Origin: Lama glama
Taxonomy: Eukaryota
Assembly (NCBI GenBank): GCA_028534125.1
Contig: CM052818.1
Coordinates: 29,390,001-29,454,000, forward strand
Reading direction: 5' to 3'
DNA: 64,000 nt
Shown here: one piece after another, positions 14,301-27,000 of the stretch
Layout: each line of letters opens with the position of its first letter
How positions within the stretch are numbered: position 1 is the first letter of the stretch
Made by a program: the position numbers and the translations under genes
Notes under the pieces: generated by a model
The model's input: the letters and a program-made list of their open reading frames with translations, nothing else
What the model was told of the DNA's origin: nothing
The model's database searches: none

Positions 14301-14894
14301 TGTACCCCTGCAAACCTACAGAGGTTGCCAATAGGAAGCCAATAGTGTTATCATAACATCTTACAACTTAATTAGCTTTTAGGACATGATAAATACTGCT
14401 AGGTAAGAAAATATACTGGCTTAGAGCTCAGGATATTAGAGGAATAGCTCTGGAAAATCTCTGCTGACAATGGTACAGAGAAAAACCAAGCAAGACATTT
14501 TTATAAACAGAACGATGGAGATGATCTATGTGAAACGTAATCAAAACTGGCAGAGCCTTGCGTTACACCAGGGAGGTTGCCCCATTTTCCTTTAGGTCCC
14601 CTGCATGCTCCTAAAATCATCACCTTCCACACATTCTGACTCGTTTATTCAGTACCAGGAGTAGAATCACCTGTGAGTATTTTCACCATCATAATGGTAG
14701 GTTATCCTGTCTGTAAACGCCAGCCACCCGTGAGCTGTGACTTCAGTAGGGGTCACCCTGGTGCAAACACAGTCTAAGTCCTTAAATCATGTGGGTCTCT
14801 CAGTGTCTCAGAGCCTTTGCCTGTTTAAATAGAAAGCGATCTCCTTTCCGCTTTCTCATGCAATATCTACACGATGTGTTATGGTTTGTCTTAC

Positions 14895-15020
14895 CTTCAC
14901 ATGTACGCCCATCTGCAGAGATCGAGAAACCCTGTTCACAGACACAGTGGAAAGAACCGTCTGTGTTTAGACACTCTCCATGAGGACCACAGAGCCCGGG
15001 CTGTTCACATTCATTAATAT
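14895..15020 (-). CDS. LTBP1: LTBP1 cbEGF exon, [42 protein letters not shown] (126 nt)
   Basis: ccattccag|ATATTAATG...TGTGAAG|gtaaga. Inside ORF 14800..15042. Confidence 0.96.
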
Positions 15021-18000
15021 CTGGAATGGAAAATAGTTCCACATACTTGAAGAAAAACCTTTTTTGTTTTCATATGATATCAGACACACAGGAAGCAAAA
15101 TCTATTACAAAATAGACGGACATCTATCTGGGGGCCCCACTCCACGGTCTGTGCACACACCAGAGCCCAAGGCAAGCTGGACTGTCAGGAGGGAAGCTCC
15201 CTAGGTTGACTCACATGACTCACATTCGCAGCCTAACGAAAAGCACTTTCATACGTTCCACCCAAAGGTACCCCATTTTCAGGCATATTGGAACCTTGAG
15301 GGTCTCTAGTCAAATAAACAAATCCTCTGTGAAATATTCTTTGGTGAGAATACTGTGTTTTCGTCCATCCTCTCCCACCAGCATGCGGACCACTCTCCTG
15401 TGGCCTACAAAGCTTCTCATGTCCACGCCTACCCATCTCAAGGACACGCACTTCTTAAGAGCAAGGCTGCACATGTCTTACTGAGTGTTTAGCTCAAAAA
15501 TGACACTCCACCAATGTCTGAATATGTAAAAGAAATAAACGCCCATCTGTATTTCATTGAAAACGGATATAAGAAAAAGAAGGGCTTTTATACCAAGGAA
15601 GGTCCTCATTTTTGCACTGCTCTGTGATGATGCAATTAGCGCATGAGGGTCAAGTGCTTAATGCAGTACCTAACACACAACCAAGAGGCAAAAAGCGGTA
15701 GCTCCTACTGTTAGGACTCACGAACAGGTCGTGCTGCAGTTGTGCAGACCACCTCATTCTATGCCGGTCCTGAATGAAGAGTGATGGTGCTCCGCACAGC
15801 CAGGGTGATGACGCACTCCTTAACACCGATAATGCACAGAGTGCTTGGTGTGAGTGAGATGTTCTTCCAAAGCAGCCCTACCCATGCTGGCTAGGAGCGC
15901 CCAACGTGGACAGTGTCAGGAATCACGGACAACGGTTCACCGGTTCACACCGGTGCCGACACGCGCAGCTGCCCACGCGCTCCGCCGTTTCACTCATCTG
16001 CGTCCCTCACCACCCTGACTGCTCCTTGAGGACAACTGCGTGTTTTAACTCCGAGTCCCCAGCTCCTGGTACAGCACGTGAACACTGTGTTATGAATGTC
16101 TGTCCACCATAACATTTCATGAGTTAAGCAAGGTGGAAGTACGGTCAAATTTCACCTTTAACACTAGTCCTATAATTTCATGACTCTTAGATTTTATTGG
16201 AAATTGGTCTGTGAATAATGAATACTGGCAAGACTACACAACTGCTATATATCTGCATTTTTCTTGGAACATCAATGAGTTTCACAAGACTGGAAGATGT
16301 GGTCAGGAGTGAGTCAGCAGGAGCACCACCGTAACACTTCACAGTTGTGTTCATTCTCTACTACCTGAACAGTGATTGGCTAAGTTAACTGGGGTCATAA
16401 ACAGAATCACAGGTCCTTGGCAGCACCTGGGCAGTAGCCCAACTAAGGTGATTTTCCTCTTTCTGAAGCATCCTAGGCCCTCCCCCTCTATCTTTCGCTA
16501 AAGAGGCCCTCAAAACATCCTCTTAGAAGTCTATCTTTAATTCAATGAAAATATTTACTGAATGCTTCCTCTGAGAGGGCTGAACAGGCAGGAGCCCTCA
16601 CCCTTATGAAGCTCACAGTGTAACAGGGAAGGCAGGAGCCAACGTGAGTAACTCTAAAGTGTAATGGGAATGCGGAAAAGGTACAGATGGTGAGACTCCC
16701 CAGTAACCTCCGGGACATGCTTAGCCACCAACCCTGCAGCTCTCCTCCTCCACAGAGTCATCCCCTTCCCCTGTACCCAGGACCTCCTGGAGCTCTTCTT
16801 TTTTGCCCTGTTGATCTCACTGTGTAACAGGAAATCTGGCAGGATCACTGATTCAGCCACCTCTGCATTAAGCCTGAACTCTCTATCCTTCCATCTGCCA
16901 TATAACTCAGACCAGTTGGCCTATCTACTGCTGAACCCAACGAAGAAACCAAGCAGGAATTACTCATTTTCTTAACAGTTCTTCCAGGCCTGTTCCTGTC
17001 ACTAATTTGAACATATTTCAAGGAGGAGCAATGAATCATTTTCTGCTTTACTATTTCTCAACATGATTCCACTCTGTGAAATCCTTCACTTCTTGTATAA
17101 AAATCTCTATCATCTTCTATGTTTGTTCCCTACCTACTGATGATACCTTAGATTGATCTTTTTTTTTTTTTTCCAACTCAAACCTTCTTTTACCCTTTAG
17201 CTCCATTCTTTCTTTCCAATCTGCTGTCTAGAGTTACCTCCACCTGGGCAAGAAGGTGCCACAAAGTTGCACCGGCCTGGGGATCAAGCCCAAGGTCAAG
17301 AGCCATCTTGCAGAGAGAGCCCTGGAGGTCACCCGAGCTCACCTCCTTGTTTTACCTATGCCTCCGCGTGGCCCTTCAAAAGCTGTCAGACTTAGCAACG
17401 TCACCCAGGGAATGGTGGGCATTAAGTTCTTGCTTCAAGAGAAGTCACTGATTAACATAATTGTCTAAAAAGTTTGATGACAGGAACTGAAGACGAATTC
17501 CCAGACTTTTTTCCAGGAAACCGCTAAGAAAGAACAACATGAATATCTGGAACCAGAGAAACATATGCATTCAATTTGGGTTGTACTTATTGAGGCACTT
17601 CTAAACTATGCTGCTAGTAACTCAGCCGAAAGCCAGACTGTATTTAAGTTGGGTTTCTTTCACGGATCTGAGATTCCACATAAATTCACAATCTGGCGTG
17701 TGTAAGTCAAAACGTGAAAACCGAGTGTGCTCTGCATCTCAGACATGTGCTGCCACATTCCTAAAGAGACTATTAACGTGGGATTTCCATGTTGTCTGTG
17801 TATCACCATTAATTTTGCTGGGGGAAGAGATTCTTACACTTCTAACTGAAAATGCCTTCCTGAATATGCAACTATCTTCAGACTGTTAGGTAAGATCTAA
17901 AGTCTACACCTATATGGAAATATAGAGAGACTAGCAGGCAAAGATCTTCAGTTCAAATCTCAGCTTAACTACTTTTTGGTGAGAGGTATGCTCATTAACC

Positions 18001-21000
18001 TCTCTGAGCTTCAGCTACTCATGCAGAAAATGGATATACAGAAAGTTTCCTCTTGGGGAGAGGGTACAGCTCAGTGGTAGAGGGTGTACCTAGCAGGCAT
18101 GAGGTCCTGGGTTCAGTCCCCAGTACCTTCATTAAACAAACAAGCAAATAAATCTAAACCCCCCCAATGCATTAAAAAAAAGTTTCCTCTTAAATTCTCT
18201 ACAAATTAAATGAGGCAATACAGTAATTGGCACATAGAAGGTATTTACTTAAAGCTGTTGTTTTGATTGGTGCTGTGTTCTTATTAGCACCTGTGTCCAC
18301 TGCACAGTTAGTCCTCTCTTATCCACGGGGGATACATCCTAAGACCTCTGGTGGATGCCTGAAACCTATATATATTTTTTTCTGATATACACATATAATA
18401 CAGTTTAATTTATAAATTAGGCACAGAGATTAACAAGAATAACTAATAAGACAGACGCAAAAACCAGTCATGAAAGTTAGGTGAACGTGATTTCTCTCTT
18501 TTCAAATATCTTACTGCACAAATTTAATGCCTTTTTCATCTTAACGAAGAACTTATCACACATTCTGGCCATAGCTTTTGCAGTCTGAGAGGCAACAGCA
18601 AAACTAGCATGAATTTCTTTTTCCTTCTTCACAATTTCATGGATAAAAGCTTTGTTCTCACCATAGATCTTAGCAATTTCAACATATGATTTTTTTCCCT
18701 TTTCCTATAAAGTGGAGAACTTTCACTTCCTCACTTCAAAAAAAAAAAACATTTTTATGGCTTCTTTCTGGCATATCCAAATCACTAGCATCAGTACTCT
18801 CGGGCTCTGGCACCATTATTAGGTAAAATAAGGGTGACTTGAACACAGGCACTGCAATCCCTCAACAGCCGATCTGATAGCTGGAACGGCTAGTAAGTGA
18901 CTGACGGGCAAGACACGTGGCACAGCAGGACGATTCGTGTCCCAGGCGGGATGAAGCAGCACGACACGAGATTTCAGTCGCACTACTCAGAACGCGCACA
19001 ATTTAAAACTTATGAATTGTTTCTGGAATTTTCCATGTATTTCTGGACTGTGGCCAACCATGGGTAACCAAGCGCAGAAAGTGAAACCGCAGATAAGGAG
19101 ACGGGGAACTATCGTTTGGGGAATTAAACAGTAAGAGTACTTTGAAAAAATATAAAGTCCTGTCCCCTATAATTTTGACCAAATTATTAATAAGCTTTTT
19201 TAGGAAGAGAAAAAGCTGGATATTGGATAAAAACAGGAATCAAGGCGGGGGGGTGGAGGAAGCAGATACAAACCAGCTATAGGATAAAATGAAACAGACC
19301 CAGGAAGGATATAAAAAAGCTAGAAAATAATTTAGAATCAAGTACCAAGGTTGGCTCACGAAGGGATCTCAGTTACCACAGAAGCGTACCAAGCTAGGAC
19401 ACAGTTCCAAAATGCATGAGTCTCAGTCAACACGGTGCAGTCAGCTGAGAACTTCCGGTACTTGATGCAGACTCAAAAATATTATAATAATGCAAATTGG
19501 CATTATCTCATTTATATATAAAGTGGTAAAGCCGCAGACTGTCATCAGGAAGCAATGCAGAACTGAACAACTATGTAAATTATAACTTGAAAATGGAGAG
19601 AAAGGTACCTTGACATCCTTTTTTGTCATTTAGCTGGAATCCATCTGGACAAGTACAATCATAGGACCCTTCAGTATTAATGCAGTCTCCTCCCTGGCAA
19701 ACACTATTGTCCTCCAAGCATTCGTTGATATCTGCAAGTCAATTGACAAAATTTAAAAGATGAAATAAACTGTATTAAGAAAAACATTTTCCTTATCTTT
19801 ATACACAAGACTCGCATAAACAAACATTATTGTACAACTGTCATAACACATGATTTTAAATGGATGACCGCTTTTTAACTTTTAGCGTTTTTTAAAAATG
19901 AAATATTTTTAAAGGATTTTTCACTTTGAACAGTACATAAACTGAAGTTTTAACATCAAATGAAATTGATTAGAAGAGAAGTAAAAATTCTATAACAAAC
20001 AGTAATTTACTTGGTTAAGTTCTCAGTGATGATAGAAAATGAAAACATTCTTTAAACGTATACTAAGAATATCCTGAGCATCAATTCATACAAGATCCTG
20101 TATTACAGATTACAGAAAATATTTTAAAGCATTTGGCTTGGTACCTGCCTCCAAAGAAGAATGATTATTCAAAAAAAGCCAAATTATACAAATAGACACA
20201 AAAATAATGAGTTGCTCTATAAGTTCAAAATAATTTAACATAAAAATTATCAAAAATATATTTGTCAAAAGAATAGTACCAACTTCTGGCGTCACATGAA
20301 TTTAAAGAAGAGACACCAGAGAGGTCAAAGGTGGCTTTGTGCAACAGAAGGGATTTATCTGGAGTCTTGACAGTGGGGTAGAAAGTGGAGGAGGGGAGGT
20401 GGAGGCAGGCAAAAGAATCAGCAAAACCCAAAGTCACTTACACAGCAGAGATCACAAACAGGTTCCATGTTGCCTGGATTTTTTCATATACATACTTGTG
20501 CAACTAAAAATGGTTTATGTCACCAATAATGGGCTTTGACTGTGAGCATGTAAGACAATCAGTGACACCCCCCCCCCTTCACTGCATCAACGTGAGGCAG
20601 ATCTTTCCTGAGGGCTGTTTATCACTTCACTTACTCCTAGTCACAGCTCGTTATTCCCAACACACTCCATGAGTCCCAGTTCTGTTGCCTGTGTAGGATT
20701 CAAATGATTAGCACTGAAGAAACCTAAGGAACAAAACCTTCTTCTTTTTTTTTTTTTAGCATTTGGCATGTTATGGCATTTCTTGCAAGTAATTATGACT
20801 GCTGCTAAATTACATGAGAAGTTCCAGAAAGATGTAAATTTGGAAACCGTTGCAGTCTTATTCTCCTGGCCGTCCAGCTGAAAATGTGGGCACACGGAAT
20901 TAAATATTCCTCATAGGAACCAATCAACTAATTAACTGCCTTCTGGTGTACCCTTCATGGGGCAGATAAAAGAGAAGCACCTTATAACTTCATCCTGTCA

Positions 21001-24000
21001 AAATAAAAGCTAATTATTATGATGTTCACCCATTGTTAAAGTGTTTCTGAATACTGATCCTAAAATGCAACACACACCCGATGTGGCTTCATCACAACTA
21101 AAATGAGTTACCACTTTTTCTTTAGTGTGTTTTCTCTGACTTCATTCAAGTGTAATTTATACGCAACAAATGCATCTAACAGTCCAGTTCAATGAATTCT
21201 GACAAATGTAGACACATTCCGTGACCACTATCACAATCCGGCATTTCTGCATCAGTTTAGAGCTATGAGGATCCACTGCTGAAATTACTGCAAACACAAT
21301 CATTTTTAAGGAATTAATGAAATACCTCCACAAGAATGTCATTCTGTAGCAACAAACATAAAGCTTAGTGATGTTTTCCTTTGACCCTTTTTCCAATCCA
21401 ACCATAAAATCTCCATTCCTATTAATCTAATGTCTTAGGTGTTATAACTGTCATGAAAGAGTTAGTAAAGGGAACCATCAGGCACAGTTAAGACAGAAAG
21501 TAGCACAGAGGACACTACACGTCTCCCGTGAAGCCTGAATATGCCAACAAATGCTTTATTCACTGGTATATCAAGATTCCTAAAAGTGGAACCCAAGTTA
21601 ATTGAGAATAGGTTTTTAGATATAAATTCTGTGAAAATAATTCTTATGCCCCAACCCTCTGCTAATTTCATGATTTTGAAGCAGTTGTGCCAAATGGGAA
21701 TATTCTAGTCCACTGTTTATGAATCTTTGCCATAAAATATGTACTAAAGGAATAATTTGGACCAACCACTATCAAAAAGGGGGGAGGGGGAGAATAGGCA
21801 TTTCCAGTGCTCCAAAAGGCACATTTGATCATTACCATTCTATGAAAAATCTCAATTAAAAAATGGGCAAGTAGAATCCTGAGGATATGAATTTCAGCAA
21901 CAACCCTCTATTACCTAGACATGTGCCTCAGTAGAATGGAAACATGTCAGCTTTGCTCACCCTACTCCAAAACAATTTCCATTCATTTTCCAAAATCTAA
22001 GAGAAAGAATGCCATGTGAGGGGAAAAAAAAGAAGCATTTTAAAATTTTTATAAATAACTGCATAGATTTAAAAACTCACTGCATTGTGTTAAGGGTCTG
22101 GCTTAGTTTTAAAATTTTTTTGCAAAACTCCTATGTTCAAAAGCAAAAAAAGAGTAGGTTGAATATTAAGAGAGAGACCACATCACCAACTGGGTGTGGT
22201 ACGAAAGAAAGACTTCTGGGAGTTGGCCATCAGGCTTCAAGGAAATCAACAGTGTTGGCCACCCCTCCACTGAGACTGCTCTGGCAGGCACCAATGACCT
22301 AGACTTTGCTAAATCCCACTGTCAGTTTTTGGTCTTCATTCTTGCCTCGCAACCATGTTTGATACAGGTTCATCACTCCCTCCTCTTTGAAATACTCCCT
22401 TCTCTTGGATTCTGGTTTTCCTCCTTCACTTGCCAATTTTTCTCAATCCCCTTTGCCTGTTCCCCACCAGCTCCTCACGTCTAAATGAGGGACAAGGACT
22501 CAGTCTTTGGACTTCTCCTTTCTAGCTACATTCACTCCCTTGGTGATCCCATCCAATTTCAAGCCTTCAAACACTGTCTATATACATGCTGATGGCTCTC
22601 AGCCCAGAACTCACCCCTGAATTCCAAATGCATAGGTCCAACTGCCCTTTAGACAACCTCATTTGGATACTCACTGTAAGCACTAAAAACTTAAAACGCT
22701 GAAGTCGAACCCCTAATCTCCTCCACAAGTCTACAAATAGAATGCCCTTCCCGGCAATACCCAAATGCCATCATCTGAGGCTAGCCTCTGCTTGCTTACT
22801 TATTTCAGATCACCACTCTCCCTCCCTCTCTCTGCACTTCCCAGGTATGCCTCTTTATTTCCTCCTTAACGTTTAAGGCCATTTAACAAACTATATAGCT
22901 TTTTACTCATCCTGTTTACTGTTATCTCCCTCACTAAAACGTAAGCTCCACAAGGGCAGGACTTTTTGTCTGTTTGGTTTATAGCTGTATATCCTGTACA
23001 CAGAACAGTGCCTGGCACATCCTTGACATTCAAATGTTTGTTGAACGAACGCATGAATGAAACAATGACTGATTCTGACTAGGAAAGAAATGTAAGAAGG
23101 TGAGAAATACTCGGACTTCTTCCCTTTTTTGCTGTGGTCTGCTAAGAAATGACCAACAGAGAAGGGCCACAGGAAGGCAGAGTGAATCAGGAATCTTTTT
23201 CTAAGGCTTTGCGAAGAAGCAGCATGGAGGAACCACAGCCAGGGGCTGGGGAAGGTGCCAAGGCAGGCACGGGAGCAGAGACTGTGCTTGGAGGGAAAAG
23301 AAGTCAGAGGCAGAGGCTTGGAAGGCTGAGATGCCAAGACCTCTAGTCACTAGGACAACTGACGCCACCACGCATCACAGACTAGTGGCTACTGAGCGTG
23401 CTGAAGAATTAGCACAATCCTCGGGCTTCGGATGCCACGAGAAGGCCAGCAGGACTGCAGGGTAACACTAAGAAAACAAGGTCTCTGCCAGAGTTGTTAG
23501 AGGAAAATTACGCATGTAAATAGCAAAGCCAACAAGAAAGGCAGCTGCGAGAGGCATGTGAACAGTCACAGCTCAGTTAATTACAGCTAAATGCCACTGG
23601 GGAGGGGCGGAAACAGTCCTAGTAGGGAATCAGCAGACTGAAGCGCTCACAGAATTTGAAAGTGAGCTCTGAGTCAGCTGCATGGACTCCAGCCCTATTC
23701 ACAACCTAGGACACCCGGGAAATTAGCCTCGACTTGAAGAGAGAAGGGTCTGATTATATACTTGGAAAGAAGCTTTCTCACAGAACATATATGTTAATCA
23801 TGACAAGCAAGCTGGGTAAAAGGTTTTTGTTTGGCTTTTCATGCAGTGGATGTTTTTAGAATAAGAATCTTGGACTTCTGGTGATAATGGTTACACATTA
23901 AAATGGCCAAAACAGCAGAACATGTCCTGTAACGAGCATCCATTACCCAAGACTTAATCAACGGCCTGGTTACCCTCTCGGCTAGGCCAGGAATTAGGGC

Positions 24001-27000
24001 AGAAAACACGCTGGTGGTCAGTGTATATATATTTAAATGTGTGTGTGTGTGTGTGTGTGTGTATTTTATTGAAGTATAGTCAGTTAGCAATGTGGTGTCA
24101 ATTTCTGGTGTACGGCACAATGTTTTAGTCATACAGATACATACATATATTCCTTTTCACATTCTTTTTCATGATAGGTCACTACAAGGTATTGAGTATA
24201 GCTCTCTGTGCCATACAGTAGAAACTTGTTGTTTATCTATTTTATATATAGCAGTTAGCATCTGCAAATCTCGATCTCCCAATTTATGCCTTTGTAGGTT
24301 TCCAGTGACTTCCCATGTGCCCTGCCACCTCTCCCACTTTGGAATGCCACTATGTTGAATCATTAACATTTATCCATACATTGTAGAGTTCCCCATCCCC
24401 AATTTTTAGACAGTCAAATATTATTATTTTTGATTTATCACTTATTTGACCATTTGCCTATTTTTCAGTAGGAATGTTGGATTACAACTTTTCACTGGTG
24501 TTATTAATCCTTTGAAGAACATTACTACCTTAGGATAAAATCCTAGAAGATGATTTGCTGATTCAAGGGTAATGTACGTTTAAAGGCCCCTGAATCTGCC
24601 CCAACTGCCCTCCAGGAGGGCTGTGACTGCTGGTGCCAAGCTCTCTGATCAGAAGAGAAGGATGCTATAAAGTACAGGGGGTCCTTCCCGACCAATGGCA
24701 CTGACAAGTCAAAAAGAATCTGGGGCCACTGAAATGTGTGTCACAAAACCAGTCACTAAAAAGTGCATTCATTTCTCACAAAAATGGGGTTTGGACCCTT
24801 GTGAAGACACTAAATCGCCACGAGAAGCAAACCCTGCCATTTTCACATTTCTGGTTTCACAACTGACAGGGTCTAAATGCAGCACATCGGCAGATGAGTC
24901 AGAAAAACACACTGTTACCTGGGTGGAGAGTGAACCCAGAATCCACAAGCGACAGGAGGGTGGCAGGTGGGCTCAGCAGCCCTGCCCACCTTAGAGGGGT
25001 TCCGAGCCAAGGCAGGCTGTGAAAGTGGCTAACGACCTGCAATGCTACATACGTGGGATACCTTTCAGAAATATTTTATGCAAAAAGCTCAAAACTGAAT
25101 TAAAGTCTGGCTCTGAAAACCTTTACAGTTATCTAGAAAATTAACTTGTCTTTACTCCTTTGGAAAATTGGGATGCTAATCCCGCATCCGAATAGATGCT
25201 ACGTGGAACTCTACACCCAGAGAAACCACCTACAGCTGAGGAAAGTTAACCCAACTCTATTTTGTTAGCTGGCATAATTCTTCTAAAAAAACTATTCTGA
25301 GAAGTACAAAGAAAACCTGGATTCTACACGTTTCTCCACAGTATTTGTGTGACCAAGGGGGAAATATCTTGCAGGGACTAAATGTCCTCAGCTGCCAAGA
25401 CAAAAGTGTGGGCTCATTTGCAGCAACATGGATAGACCTGGAGATCGTCACTCTAAGTGAAGCCAGAAAGAGAAAAAAAAGCCACATGATATCACTTATA
25501 TGTGGAACCTAAAACAAACAAACAAAAAGACACAAATGAACTTATTTTCAAAACAGAAACAGACACACAGACATTGAAAACAAACTTATGGTTACCAGGT
25601 GGGGGTGGTGGGGGAAGGGGGTGCGGAGGGATAAATTAAGAGTTCGAGATCTGCAGATGCTAACTACTACATGTAAAATAGATAAACAAGTTTACACTGT
25701 ATAGCACAGGGAACTATATTCAGTATCTTGTAGTAACCTATAATGAAAAAGAGTATGAAAAGGAATATATGTGTATATATGGATAACTGAAACATTGTGC
25801 TGTATACCAGAAATCGACACAACATTGCAAACTGACAATACTTCAATTAAAAAAAATTTTTTTTAAATGGGGAAAAAAAAGTATGGACTTGATGATGGAG
25901 GCCAGGATGATATCCAGATTTCCCTAATCCTTATTCTGGCATTTTATTCCCCTAATCATGATTCTGCAACTAAGAGCAATTCTCACCTTCACAGTGGTCC
26001 CCAAGGGTAGATGCTCTGTAACCCTGGTCACAAACACAGCGGAAGGAGCCCTCTGTGTTCCTGCACTGCCCATTGCTGCAGAGATGACGGTGCTGGCATT
26101 CATCAATATCTGTGAACAAGAGAGTAAGAAGACACTTAGGAGTTGTGCTTTAAAAGTGATTTTTAATCATTCATGTAGAGGAGGTCTATAAACTATGTGG
26201 TTTATAATTAATTTAGCATTTTCATTATGTGAATTAAACTGACCTCTAGTAAAAGGTTATTCATTAATAGCCCAGTGGGAAAAATCTAGATGAACTTAAA
26301 ATTTTAACCAGTGAACTAAGAATCTGTACATATTAATTCCACTGGTCGTTGATAAGGGACAAATACTTGGCTGTACTCTGTAAACCTCAACGAAGCTTCC
26401 TGGAATTTCTTCTGCTGGTTCAACTATAACACTCTGAGCTTAAACGCACTAAAGACTGGGATAGCCTAAAGCAGGAGTCTGCGAGCTACAGCTCACTGCC
26501 TATTATTGCAAGTAAAGTTTCACTGGAAAACAGCACCACATATTCAGATACTACCTGGGCCCTTCACAGGAGAAGGTGGCTGACCCCTGATCCAAAAGTG
26601 TCATGGCACAAATGTCTTGAATTCTTTTTCACTAATTTCCCCTTTAGACCCATAGCAATCAGGCTTCCATTCTCTCTCTGATTTTCTGAGCCCATCTAAC
26701 GGCCCTTCCCTCCTCTCAGCCCATTTGATACTGGGTACCCTGCCTCTGAATCTCTCTTTCTTGATGCACATATCCTCAGCTTAGAGATTACCTGTCTGTA
26801 ACCACTATCCTGAGCCCAGGCTCACTTACATGCCTGCATCACATCCACACATTAAAGGCACGGTAATGGTCTACACATATTCGATTATTCACTTTCATCA
26901 GTAAATTCTGAGTTTTCTGAGACAGGGACTATGTCTACCACACCCTTTATTACTCCTTAGATGACCCAGTGTTTTAACAATCAGCAGGCACACAATTCAT

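Noticed and set aside
1..14890. Expected next LTBP1 cbEGF exon (recalled human DIDECVNNTVC...)
   Set aside because: Not found by eye. Most simply it lies beyond the left edge in a long intron, so its absence is not evidence of exon loss.
18055..18130. tRNA-like A and B boxes
   Set aside because: Part of a SINE with a tail and TSD, not a tRNA gene; the same applies to the copies near 30050-30110 and 47605-47670.
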